From positions 10,265-74,264 of the forward strand of contig CAZGVL010000006.1 of the NCBI GenBank assembly GCA_964528965.1: 64,000 bases of DNA, written 5' to 3'. This stretch comes from an uncultured Woeseiaceae bacterium. Lineage in GTDB: Bacteria; Pseudomonadota; Gammaproteobacteria; Steroidobacterales; Woeseiaceae. Shown here piece by piece: positions 9,293-18,262 of this stretch (positions are counted from its first letter, which is position 1; each line of letters begins with the position of its first letter). Made by a program: the position numbers and the translations under genes. The notes beneath the pieces were generated by a model. It searched no databases, had not been told where the DNA came from, and saw only the letters and a program-made list of their open reading frames with translations.

Positions 9293-9495
9293 GCGATTTC
9301 TCGTCTTTGCGGGTTACAGACAGAAATTTTACCGTCTCTAGCCATGATTGAAACAGGACGTACTTCACCAAAGCGGAATTATGTAATACAAGTATCGCGA
9401 CGTCCAAGGGCGGGGGTGCCGCATTCCTGCCGGTTTGCGGACGGTTCGAGGCTTGCGAGGTAACAAACGTTACCCCGCAAACTCTAAACCAGTCC

Positions 9496-10095
9496 TCAGA
9501 AGCGCCAGACCAGACCTGCGGACAGCATGTACAGGTCGTCTACGTCAGATATGTCAAAGACCTCATACTCGGCACGAATTTCAAGTGAACTGAAACCTAC
9601 GCTCAAGCCGATGCCGTATGCGGGATCAGTGCCGTCGTCGCCGCCCTCACTGATGCCATCCAGCGTGGCTTTGGCATCCCAGGAGACAACCCCGACTTTG
9701 GCAAACAACTCAACCGGGCCTAGTCCAAATCCAGCTGTGCCAAACGCGTCCCAACCGGTAACCGCCAAGCCTGCAGTCGAATCGAGCAGGACCGCTTCAG
9801 GGTTGCCCAGATCGACGTAACCACCCTCAATGCCCAGTTTGATGACCGGCAGATCGAACTTGTAACCGCCGAAGGCCTTCCAGGCGAAATCGCTCTCGTC
9901 AAAGTCAAAAATGTCCCCGATCTCTTCATCCGCCACAGCGATCGCCAGAGTTGCATCACCAACGCTGCCGCCGATATAAAACCCGGAATCGGCGAACGCT
10001 TGCTGACCCAGGCCGAACAACGCAAATATCGCAGTTGTCGCCAATACCTTGCTTCGCCAATCCGCAGGTTTTGCAGTTATCTCAAACATAATCAC
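9496..10095 (-). CDS. Small outer-membrane beta-barrel protein (OmpA-N/OmpX-like 8-strand type)
   Basis: 199 aa with a signal peptide ending QQAFA, alternating aromatic/Gly beta-strands and the terminal ...GLVWRF. The GTG start is at 10095; an alternative ATG is at 10089. Confidence 0.8.
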   Translation of the reverse strand: MIMFEITAKPADWRSKVLATTAIFALFGLGQQAFADSGFYIGGSVGDATLAIAVADEEIGDIFDFDESDFAWKAFGGYKFDLPVIKLGIEGGYVDLGNPEAVLLDSTAGLAVTGWDAFGTAGFGLGPVELFAKVGVVSWDAKATLDGISEGGDDGTDPAYGIGLSVGFSSLEIRAEYEVFDISDVDDLYMLSAGLVWRF

Positions 10096-10101
10096 ACCCT
10101 T

Positions 10102-10143
10102 AAAAACAAAAAAAATTGTAGCGTTGGGGCAATTGAGTTGCCC
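10102..10143 (-). terminator. Possible greB terminator: 6-bp stem GGGCAA/TTGCCC followed downstream (minus strand) by a T-rich run
   Basis: The stem is at 10127-10143. About 11 nt further on the minus strand lies TTTTTTTTGTTTTT (10102-10115). The stem is short and the spacer long, so confidence is low. The A/T tract could instead be an UP element of the downstream OMP gene. Confidence 0.3.
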
Positions 10144-10298
10144 GCAGCGTTAATGCCGTGAATTCTAGGCTCAAGTCGCATTCGGCACTGAGCAGTGCGT
10201 CACGTAATTTGTGCCGACTATTTCGCCGTCGAGGGTCGTTTTGGGGAGCCAGCGGTGCCCGAAAAAATGCTTGAATTCACGCTACCGGACGAAGGCTG

Positions 10299-10796
10299 TT
10301 AGTCACGGTCGTAGCTAATGGTGATGATGCTGAGCTCTCTGCTCGACTCGCCGGAGTTGACAACAACGTCATCGGCCACGCGCTTTGAAAGCAGGGCTCT
10401 CGCAAGCGGCGAGTCAATGCTGATTTTGGAGGACTTTGCATCCGTCTCATCGGGACCAACGATCTGATATTGAAAAACCTCACCGCCTTCGTCTTCGACG
10501 CTTACGATTGCACCGAAAAAGATGGCGTCGTCACCCGGATGTTCTCGAACAACTTTCAGACTCGGAAGACGCTTCTGCAGATAACCAATACGCCGATCAA
10601 GACCGCCCAGTTCCTTCTTGCGATAAATATACTCCGCGTTCTCAGAACGATCCCCCTCAGCCGCCGCTTCCGCCAGTGCCTTTACAACATCCCGTCGTCG
10701 AATCCAGATCTCCTTCAACTCACCCTGCAGGGTCAGGAAGCCGGCCGGAGTAATATACGGTGATGATTTTGGAGCAGGTGGACGCCAGCGACCCAT
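10299..10796 (-). CDS. greB: Transcription elongation factor GreB
   Basis: 165 aa. ...ITPAGFLTLQGELKEIW...GDRSENAEYIYRKKELGGLDRRIGYL...FFGAIVSVEDE...ISIDSPLARALLSKRVADDVVV aligns along the full length with E. coli GreB. Confidence 0.9.
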   Translation of the reverse strand: MGRWRPPAPKSSPYITPAGFLTLQGELKEIWIRRRDVVKALAEAAAEGDRSENAEYIYRKKELGGLDRRIGYLQKRLPSLKVVREHPGDDAIFFGAIVSVEDEGGEVFQYQIVGPDETDAKSSKISIDSPLARALLSKRVADDVVVNSGESSRELSIITISYDRD

Positions 10797-10961
10797 GTTA
10801 ATTCTCGATAGTCAGGTTAAATTCTGCAAACAGAAGCTCAGTATCATATTCGAAAGTCCGAACAAGATGTCCTATATTCATAGGCACACTGAAATCGCGA
10901 GGCGCAAACGTAAGTCTGGTTTCGATGGCAACCTGGCAGTTTGTCAGGCTATAGTCACTAC

Positions 10962-11738
10962 ATGAGTCGCGTAGTCACCCTTGTGTTTCTGGTTCTTGTA
11001 TTGACCCCGATTGCGGCCCTGTCGGACTCCGGCAATCCACTGCCCGAAGAAGACAATCAGTGGCGTTTCACGATTGCTTTTCCGATGCTCTGGGCGCCGC
11101 AAATAAACGGCAAAGTTCGTGGTGATGAGCCGATCGACTTCACAATCGAGTTTAAGGATATTCTCGACAGGTTGAGTTTTGGCATTATGGGCGAGTTGTA
11201 TGCCAATAAGGGGCCGTACGGATTTGCGTTTCGAACCAACTACATGCGTGCCGAAAACGAAATGTCTCGTACCGGCCTGGTCGATGTTCAGGCGCAGACA
11301 GAAGTTCAAATTGGCGTGAACGATTTGCTGGCATCATTTGGGGTGCACGAGAACGTGAGACTTGTGACCGGAGTCAGACACGTCTTCGCGAAGGTGGACC
11401 TGGATCTGCAGACCAGTATCGGCGACAACGAGTTTGTCAATGAACAGATCACCGTGACCGATGACAGTCAATTTGACTGGTTGCTGGGAGTCAACTACAG
11501 CCACTGGTTTGTGAAGCGCTGGGGCATTATGCTGAATGCCGATGTTGGTGTGTTCGGTGACAACGACCGCGATTTCAGTCTGGAGTTTCGGGCGCTGTAT
11601 CGAATTAGCGACCTCAATAACTTCTGGTTTGGTTACCGCTACCTGAACATAGGCAGCGACACCGAGACGGACGGCGTCAAATACAGTGTCGATATGTCAC
11701 AGCTCGGGCCGATGGTCGGCTGGGCTTTCACGTTCTAG
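10962..11738 (+). CDS. Outer-membrane beta-barrel protein, function unknown
   Basis: The track ORF starts at a TTG (10941). The ATG at 10962 gives the signal peptide MSRVVTLVFLVLVLTPIAALS. It has an alternating beta-strand pattern and the C-terminal ...VGWAFTF. Confidence 0.75.
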   Translation: MSRVVTLVFLVLVLTPIAALSDSGNPLPEEDNQWRFTIAFPMLWAPQINGKVRGDEPIDFTIEFKDILDRLSFGIMGELYANKGPYGFAFRTNYMRAENEMSRTGLVDVQAQTEVQIGVNDLLASFGVHENVRLVTGVRHVFAKVDLDLQTSIGDNEFVNEQITVTDDSQFDWLLGVNYSHWFVKRWGIMLNADVGVFGDNDRDFSLEFRALYRISDLNNFWFGYRYLNIGSDTETDGVKYSVDMSQLGPMVGWAFTF

Positions 11739-11922
11739 TTTGGCAGCCGCCGAATATCGACCAGCAGCAATCGTAACGTACCGTATTATCAATACGAGTT
11801 CAGCACCCACTCTTGCAAGCCTGCGAATTGTGCTAGATTCGAGCGTACAACGTACGCTCATGATGAGTGACAGATAAAGACTCACTCTGTCCCAATAAAA
11901 ACAAATAATAAGAAAAGAAATT

Positions 11923-13650
11923 ATGGCAGCAACGTTCATCCTTTCAAGCCATGCCCGCATTCGTTATGCGACCGGCGCGATGATGTACTTCGCTCAGGGC
12001 ATTCCTCAGGGTATTCTCAGTATCGCGATACCGGCATGGCTTGCGAGTCTGGGCGTTAGTGCGTCAGCAATCGGTTCCTATCTTGCTGTCATCATTTTGC
12101 CGTGGGCATTCAAACTGGTAACAGGTCCGTTGATGGACCGGTATGAATTCTTGCCAATGGGTCGTCGTCGACCGTGGGTAATTGCGGCTCAACTAGGCAT
12201 GTCGCTATCGTTACTGGCGCTCATGCTGGTCGAGAATCCAGCCGAACAGATCGGTCTCCTGATGTTGGTGGGCGTGCTCATCAACACTTTCGCGGCCACC
12301 CAGGATGTGGCAGTTGATGGCATGTCTATCGATCTCACTCCAACCAGGGAGCAGGGCCGCCTAAACGCATTCATGAGCTTTGGAAAGGCGATGGGTTGGG
12401 CGGTGACGTCGGCTGTGGCGGGTGTGCTGCTGGTCACGTACGGCATGAAAGTCACCGCAATTGCTGCTGCATCGGCTGCCGGTATTGTGCTGCTCGCATT
12501 TATATTCGTGCTTGAACGCGAGGGCGAGCGTCGGCTGCCATGGACAGACGGCAAGGCGGCCTCGGCGCACCAGCCCGGCAACTCGTTTAAGGCCGTTTTC
12601 GGCGGTATCCAAAAAGTTATCTGGGTGCGTGCCAGCGTGATCGTGATGTTGATCATGTTTTTCGACGGTCTGGTTAGCGGCTATGGACATGCATTAATGC
12701 CGATCGCTGCGGTGAAGCTGTTCGGTTACACAACGCCGCAGTGGTCTCAGTTGGTCGCCGTTATGGGCCTGGTCGGCGCGTTTTCGGCGTTGGCTCTCGG
12801 GCCATTGATTGATCGATTCGGCGCGAAGCGAATGTTGTTCCTGACGATCTCGCTGGTGGGTTTGCATGCATTCCTGCTCGCGCAGACACAACACCTGTGG
12901 CAGGACACAATGTATGTACGTGTGATGTTGGCGGCCTGGGTGATGCTGATGCCCGTTGTGATGGTCTGTGTCATCGCGTTGGCAATGGCGATATGTTCGC
13001 AGACTATTTCAGCAACACAGTTCGCTATTTACATGTCGGTTGCGAACCTTGGAAGCTCTGCGGGTTCCAAGATTTACGGCATGGTTGCCGACGGTTCAAA
13101 TTACGTTGAGACCTATCTTTTCGTTAGCGCAATAGTTGCAGTGATGGTAGTCGTGTTGTTTTTTCATCGAGGTGATGGCGAATCAGAGGGTTCCGACGAA
13201 ACTGAATCGGGGGTACGACGTACGCATCCGCTCAGTATTGGCGGCAACCTGTCGGGCTCTTTCTGGTCCGGAGCAATGCGTTGCCCGAAATGCCGTGCCG
13301 ATATGGAGCAAGTCGACTACGACGGTGTCGAAATTGATCGTTGCAAATACTGCAAAGGAATCTGGTTCGATGTTGGCGAGAGCGACGCACTCCGCAGCAA
13401 GGATGCAGCGAGCGAAATAGATATCGGTAGCGCACGCAAAGGCAGGCAAACGAACAAGACCAATCGCTATCCCTGTCCGAGGTGTGGTGGCGGCATGATG
13501 CGTACGAATGATCCGAAGCAAACACATATTCACTTCGAGGAATGCACCTCTTGTCGCGGGTCGTTCTTCGACGCCGGCGAATTCACGGATTTGGCACAGA
13601 CCACTATTTCGGACTTCTTCAAGCGCCTGTCGGTACCGAAACGAAAATAG
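11923..13650 (+). CDS. AmpG/PAT-family MFS permease fused to two C-terminal four-Cys zinc ribbons (zf-TFIIB/PF13453-like)
   Basis: 575 aa. AmpG signatures are WAFKLVTGPLMDRYEFLPMGRRRPW and FAATQDVAVDGMSIDL (compare E. coli AmpG FKFLWSPLMDRY..GRRRGW; ASQDIVFDA). The tail (nt 13282-13647) reads CPKCRADMEQVDYDGVEIDRCKYCKGIWFDVGESDAL and CPRCGGGMMRTNDPKQTHIHFEECTSCRGSFFDAGEFTDL. Confidence 0.85.
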   Translation: MAATFILSSHARIRYATGAMMYFAQGIPQGILSIAIPAWLASLGVSASAIGSYLAVIILPWAFKLVTGPLMDRYEFLPMGRRRPWVIAAQLGMSLSLLALMLVENPAEQIGLLMLVGVLINTFAATQDVAVDGMSIDLTPTREQGRLNAFMSFGKAMGWAVTSAVAGVLLVTYGMKVTAIAAASAAGIVLLAFIFVLEREGERRLPWTDGKAASAHQPGNSFKAVFGGIQKVIWVRASVIVMLIMFFDGLVSGYGHALMPIAAVKLFGYTTPQWSQLVAVMGLVGAFSALALGPLIDRFGAKRMLFLTISLVGLHAFLLAQTQHLWQDTMYVRVMLAAWVMLMPVVMVCVIALAMAICSQTISATQFAIYMSVANLGSSAGSKIYGMVADGSNYVETYLFVSAIVAVMVVVLFFHRGDGESEGSDETESGVRRTHPLSIGGNLSGSFWSGAMRCPKCRADMEQVDYDGVEIDRCKYCKGIWFDVGESDALRSKDAASEIDIGSARKGRQTNKTNRYPCPRCGGGMMRTNDPKQTHIHFEECTSCRGSFFDAGEFTDLAQTTISDFFKRLSVPKRK

Positions 13651-13719
13651 GCGGTCAGGGATGCCGGGTCACCGTGCCGGGTTCCTGCCAGCAGTGACAC
13701 GTTAAATGCTGAGCTATCC

Positions 13720-14607
13720 TCAGGAAATACCGCCGAGCAATTTCGTCAAATCGGCTAGCAACATTCGCAGGGTGCCAGTGATCAATACAAATTCGGCATC
13801 CATTCTTGCGAGTGGGTCATTCTCATCATCCGTTGCATCATCCATGCCGATAAAGCGCAGCTTGCTGATGCCACCTTTTTCATCAAGCACGCAGCTCAGG
13901 ACGTTGTCGTACTCGATCGCGAGGTGGGTCAGGCGCATGCCGCTCGCCACGTGATTGCGAATGGTCTTATCGCTTAGATCGAATTGTGTCCAGCGCACGA
14001 TAGAACCAGCATCGGCGGCATCCTGCATGCGGCATTCGCGCCCCAGCGCAAATTGCTTCGGAGCACCGCCCAGAAAAATACTCGTCAACAGGTCATTTAC
14101 TGGCTTGTTGAACTGCAGGGGACGGATGTTCAGTTCGCCGAATGGTGCTCGCAAGCGCCGCAAGAATCGCTCTGCGACAGAGTCTGTCGCCGTATCGATG
14201 CCAATGATCTTGTCTTTCAGGTCAACATATCCCCAGATCTTGTCAGACTTGAGCATTGCCCTGGGAAGCAACTCGTCCCGCGTTTCGGCTTTCAAACGGC
14301 GCTTCTCGCGTGGACTCGGTGCTTCCTGCATGCGATTGCGATAGTCCTCAATGCGCGCTTCCAGCTCTTCGTTAATGGCGGCGTGCGGCAGGACCCGAGA
14401 CTGGCTGCGAAGCCTGACCAGGTCCGCGCCGTTCAGTCGGCGCGCGAGCAGGTCGCTGCTGTCTGAATCAACAGGCACCCAACCGGTACTGCGTTCAGTT
14501 AGCGGGCCGCACGGTTTGAAGCCTGCACTGGCAAGCGTTTGTGATAGCGCGGCTTCAGAGTCGGGCCAGACACTGTCCAGATTGTAAAAACGTACGTTGC
14601 GGAACAT
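13720..14607 (-). CDS. rdgC: Recombination-associated protein RdgC
   Basis: The start was moved to the internal ATG (14607), which gives MFRNVRFYNL... (E. coli RdgC starts MLWFKNLMVYRL). Similarity continues full length (GFKPCGPLTERSTGWVP..., ...ISKLRFIGMDD..., DAEFVLITGTL...). Confidence 0.9.
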   Translation of the reverse strand: MFRNVRFYNLDSVWPDSEAALSQTLASAGFKPCGPLTERSTGWVPVDSDSSDLLARRLNGADLVRLRSQSRVLPHAAINEELEARIEDYRNRMQEAPSPREKRRLKAETRDELLPRAMLKSDKIWGYVDLKDKIIGIDTATDSVAERFLRRLRAPFGELNIRPLQFNKPVNDLLTSIFLGGAPKQFALGRECRMQDAADAGSIVRWTQFDLSDKTIRNHVASGMRLTHLAIEYDNVLSCVLDEKGGISKLRFIGMDDATDDENDPLARMDAEFVLITGTLRMLLADLTKLLGGIS

Positions 14608-14822
14608 TGGAGTTGATTCACTGCAAGTTGGGCGGCGCAGTATCCGCATTTAGTAGTCCAATGTCACCATTGAATTCGATAGTCGATCTGTGATCAGAAC
14701 TCACCCTTATGCCGTATTGCTACAGCAGAATCAGATGCAATATCTGGACAAACCCACGGAGCTTCGCGAGAATGGATCGGTAGTCCCGAATTACGACACC
14801 CTAAGTTACCGAGAACCCGAAC

Positions 14823-15623
14823 ATGGCCAGATCCAGAATATTCAGTTTTATTGTCCCGCTGCTAGCCGCCTTCTTATCCGGCACGGCAAGCGCGGACGCG
14901 CTCGATGAGATTATCGAGCGAGGCACTATCCGAGTTGGCGTATCAGAATTTGCCCCGTGGACGATAAAGACTGAATCCGGTGAGCTCATCGGTTTTGAAA
15001 TAGAAGTCGCCAATCGACTCGCGCGTGACATGGGCGGCGAAGCTGAGTTTAAGGTCTACGAATGGGATGACCTGATCCCGGCACTGCAAAACGGTGAGAT
15101 CGACATTATTGCCGCCGGCATGGCGATTACGCCTGCCAGGGCATTGCGGATTGAGTTTACGCGCCCGACAGCTACCTCGGGAGTGGGTATTGCCACCAAT
15201 ATCGCGATGACAGAGCACATTGAAAGACTTGCGGATCTGAATGACAGCGATATTACCGTTGCCGCAGTTACCGGAACGATGTCCTACAGCATTGCTGATA
15301 TCTTTTTCGACAAGGCGAACGTCAAAGCCTACGCAACCCCGGCACTCGCCGAGGCGGAGGTTTTGGCGGGCAGAGCGCATGTCTATCTCGCTGGCATGCC
15401 TGCAGCACGATACCTGGCCAGAAAAGACAGTGGCAAGATCGATATCCCGTTGGACAAGCCATTGCTTGCGCACAGCGAGGCGATGGCAGTCCGCCGCGGC
15501 GAGCAAAGCCTGATGAACTTCCTCAATGCCTGGATCACTGCAAAGCAAAGTGATGGCTGGATGGACACGACGCGTGGTTATTGGTTCGAGACCATGGGTT
15601 GGATGACGGATATGCGCAAGTAA
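14823..15623 (+). CDS. Periplasmic solute-binding protein, family 3 (amino-acid type). Orphan: no permease or ATPase gene is adjacent.
   Basis: 266 aa with a signal peptide (...LSGTASA). Has the SBP_bac_3 pattern: GTIRVGV...PW...GELIGFEIEVANRLA...WDDLIPALQNGEIDIIAAGMAITPAR. Confidence 0.85.
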   Translation: MARSRIFSFIVPLLAAFLSGTASADALDEIIERGTIRVGVSEFAPWTIKTESGELIGFEIEVANRLARDMGGEAEFKVYEWDDLIPALQNGEIDIIAAGMAITPARALRIEFTRPTATSGVGIATNIAMTEHIERLADLNDSDITVAAVTGTMSYSIADIFFDKANVKAYATPALAEAEVLAGRAHVYLAGMPAARYLARKDSGKIDIPLDKPLLAHSEAMAVRRGEQSLMNFLNAWITAKQSDGWMDTTRGYWFETMGWMTDMRK

Positions 15624-16054
15624 TGAAATTCTCGTACGACAGCATACTCACGAGGTCCGCAGTTCTTGCGCTGCTGTTCATGTACGGAGCGGTTACACCA
15701 GCCGCTGACGGTGATGAAGAGACAGCGGTGACTGACGAGGTCGCGGTCGGTGAAAATGAGTCTGAAGAAATTGAAGAAATCGTGGTCTATGCTTACAGGT
15801 CCGGCGATGAAATTGATGTCGACGCTCGCTATGAAGAGATGTTCCGATCCAGAGCTTCGATGGAGTTAGGTCGCCTCGAAGTTCTTGATGATGAGTACCA
15901 GTGGCGCAAGTCGATGAGCGAGAACGAATCCGAGTCGCGAATCAAGTGGGGTTACAACGCGGAGGCCGAGCAGGCCATGCGCAGGGATACTTCGCTGACT
16001 GACCTGCCGTTTGAGAACGAAAAGCCGGCGACCCTATTCAGGATTCAGTTCTAG
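15623..16054 (+). CDS. Secreted acidic protein of unknown function
   Basis: Its ATG overlaps the upstream stop (TAATG at 15621-15625). The signal peptide is MKFSYDSILTRSAVLALLFMYGAVTPAADG, followed by a highly acidic stretch and the C-terminal ...TLFRIQF. The longer track ORF (15581) overlaps the SBP gene. Confidence 0.55.
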   Translation: MKFSYDSILTRSAVLALLFMYGAVTPAADGDEETAVTDEVAVGENESEEIEEIVVYAYRSGDEIDVDARYEEMFRSRASMELGRLEVLDDEYQWRKSMSENESESRIKWGYNAEAEQAMRRDTSLTDLPFENEKPATLFRIQF

Positions 16055-17129
16055 CGTTGCTCTGACCCTTCCGGGGTCGAAACGCGTCAACCACATAAAC
16101 TGCAACTACTGCATAAACTGCAGTGCCCCCAAACATAGCGAGTCGCTGCCAGAATTTTATGCCCGCAGCATCGCCGCCGGTGCTGTCCATGACGGCCGGC
16201 GCCAGAATAACCAACATCGTCAAATACGCATACGACCAGGTTGCGCCCTGGGGATGCATGGCAGGCCCGATGAATATCTTGCTGCCCATAATGAGTCCGG
16301 TCATCGCAACAAAAACCACGAATACCGGCAGGGTTGGAGCCACGCGCATTAATTGCCAGCCGATAATCGCTGCGGCTCCGCCAATAACGGTCGATAGAAG
16401 CAACGATTTGCCTGCCGATTTTGTTGCGTCGGTCGCCGCCTGCTGCCCCATTGATGCGACCTTGATCATGACCGGCGCGTACGCTGTGCTGGCTCCTGAG
16501 AAAAGAAACCACAGCGCTATCGGAAAAACGATCAGCAACGAGCGAAAAGCACTCCAGCGCGCTACCGACAAATCAGGCGGAGCTGGTTCGGCAGGCTTCT
16601 TGGGTGCCTGCACGTTCGACTTTGCAGCCATGGAGTCCGGTATGGCTGCGTGCGCAATATAGACGAACAAGATACCGAAAATAGCGAGGATACTCATCGA
16701 GCTGACGAGCCCTAGCAGGGCGTCTACGCTTACCGAGCCCACCGCTGTAGATAGTGCGATACCGACAGTTATGAATGCCCCCAGCACCGCGGAACCACCC
16801 GTGGTTGTGTAGTAGAAACTCCAGAACAGCGCGAGGACAAGTAGTATCAGTCCGATCAGAGGTTGATTCAGCAACGCTGGCAACAACAGCAAGCCGGCGT
16901 AAAGCGAGCCGGTAAAAACCAGAACAAACGCGACGCCACCCTTGAGTTTCGGTGCCGGTATTGGCAGTGCGAGCAGAAACAGGGTGAAAACTGCCCCGAC
17001 AAATGACATATCGCCGCCAAGCAGCTGCGAAAACCAGAGTGATCCAGCGGTGCCAAAAGCAAGCCGGAAGATTCTTACCTGGGCAATACTCAGTGGCGTC
17101 GATGAAACACTGAATAGTCTAGTAAGCAT
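16038..17129 (-). CDS. DUF2955 / FUSC-like integral membrane protein, a putative inner-membrane efflux component
   Basis: 363 aa, polytopic. It overlaps the HlyD gene by 11 nt. The gene order OMF-HlyD-DUF2955 is a recurrent arrangement I recall, related to AaeAB. Confidence 0.7.
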   Translation of the reverse strand: MLTRLFSVSSTPLSIAQVRIFRLAFGTAGSLWFSQLLGGDMSFVGAVFTLFLLALPIPAPKLKGGVAFVLVFTGSLYAGLLLLPALLNQPLIGLILLVLALFWSFYYTTTGGSAVLGAFITVGIALSTAVGSVSVDALLGLVSSMSILAIFGILFVYIAHAAIPDSMAAKSNVQAPKKPAEPAPPDLSVARWSAFRSLLIVFPIALWFLFSGASTAYAPVMIKVASMGQQAATDATKSAGKSLLLSTVIGGAAAIIGWQLMRVAPTLPVFVVFVAMTGLIMGSKIFIGPAMHPQGATWSYAYLTMLVILAPAVMDSTGGDAAGIKFWQRLAMFGGTAVYAVVAVYVVDAFRPRKGQSNARTES

Positions 17130-18246
17130 AGGTAAGGATGCTAACGATGCGCATCTTCAACTTGCCGACTGTGTTGAACAGAAATCCGTTGTCCGTGTAA
17201 ACGATGACTGAAGCCTGTGCACCTATCCGAATCCCCAGTCGATCGTCCGCGTTCGGTAGTTCAAAGTTAACCAGCACCGAAAACCGTTGTGCGTCGCGCA
17301 ACCAGCTGCGGTCATTGTCAATGGTTGGCAGGCTACCCAGTGGTGCGGAATCAACATTGACACCGAAGCCGGTGGTGCGAATCGTTCCCTTGAGTACTCG
17401 GCCGGGCAAGGCGTCAAACACGAGTTCGACTTTGTCGCCGCGTTTAATGTTGCCGAGACCGTTCTCAGTGAAGTCAGCCTGCACCCAGATATCCTGCGTC
17501 GCCAGGAACGTCATCAATGGTGCGCCAGCCTGCGCGAAATTGCCGCGATCAACTTGCACATCAGTGATGACGCCATTGTCGGGTGCCGTGACCGTCGTCC
17601 TTGCAAGGTCAAGTTGTGCCTGATCAAGTGCTGCCTGAGCCTGCAAGATGCGTGAGTTTGCCTCACCCGTTTCACCCAGGTCCTGGCGCGCTCTTTCCAG
17701 ACCGGCCTCAGCCGCTGCAACTTGTGATTGCGCAACTCCCAGTGTCGCTTCGGCACTTTCTATGCGCCGATCCGATATGGCGCCGGGGTCTTCCTTCTTG
17801 ATTCGGTTTAGCCGCATGGCGTCCTGTTCTGCACGTACATAAGATGCACGAGCGGCCGCCAATTGCGCGATAGCCTGATCAACTCCTGCCTCCGATGCAC
17901 CGGTTGCCTGGCGCGCGGATTGGAGGTTCGCTTCCGCGGTAGCCACTGCGAGTTCATAGCGCTCACGATCAATATTGAATAACACGTCTCCGGTGGCTAC
18001 GAACTGATTGCTGCTGACGGTGACATCGGCGACCGTGCCGCTGACTTCCGCAGCAATTGGCACAACCAGCGCGTTCACACGAGCCTGTGTCGTGTACGGC
18101 GTGACACGATCCGCGATCACATACCAGATCATGAGCACAGCGCAGGCACCGAGCAGGATGAACGTCCACTTTCGGACCGGGTCCGTCTCTTGCGGAGCTG
18201 CGGCCGGTGTTGCTTCAGTAGAGCTTGCTTCGTTTTCGTCACTCAT
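17119..18246 (-). CDS. HlyD-family membrane fusion protein (AaeA/EmrA-like)
   Basis: The start was set at the internal ATG (18246): MSDENEASS...KWTFILLGACAVLMIWYVIADR, a single N-terminal TM. Followed by coiled-coil segments (LELAVATAEANLQSARQ...; LDQAQLDLARTTVTAP) and beta-barrel motifs. Confidence 0.85.
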   Translation of the reverse strand: MSDENEASSTEATPAAAPQETDPVRKWTFILLGACAVLMIWYVIADRVTPYTTQARVNALVVPIAAEVSGTVADVTVSSNQFVATGDVLFNIDRERYELAVATAEANLQSARQATGASEAGVDQAIAQLAAARASYVRAEQDAMRLNRIKKEDPGAISDRRIESAEATLGVAQSQVAAAEAGLERARQDLGETGEANSRILQAQAALDQAQLDLARTTVTAPDNGVITDVQVDRGNFAQAGAPLMTFLATQDIWVQADFTENGLGNIKRGDKVELVFDALPGRVLKGTIRTTGFGVNVDSAPLGSLPTIDNDRSWLRDAQRFSVLVNFELPNADDRLGIRIGAQASVIVYTDNGFLFNTVGKLKMRIVSILTYAY

Positions 18247-18262
18247 TACTTGTCTCTCGCAA

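Noticed and set aside
14943-15548. 201-aa minus-strand ORF
   Set aside because: Antisense shadow of the family-3 solute-binding protein gene.
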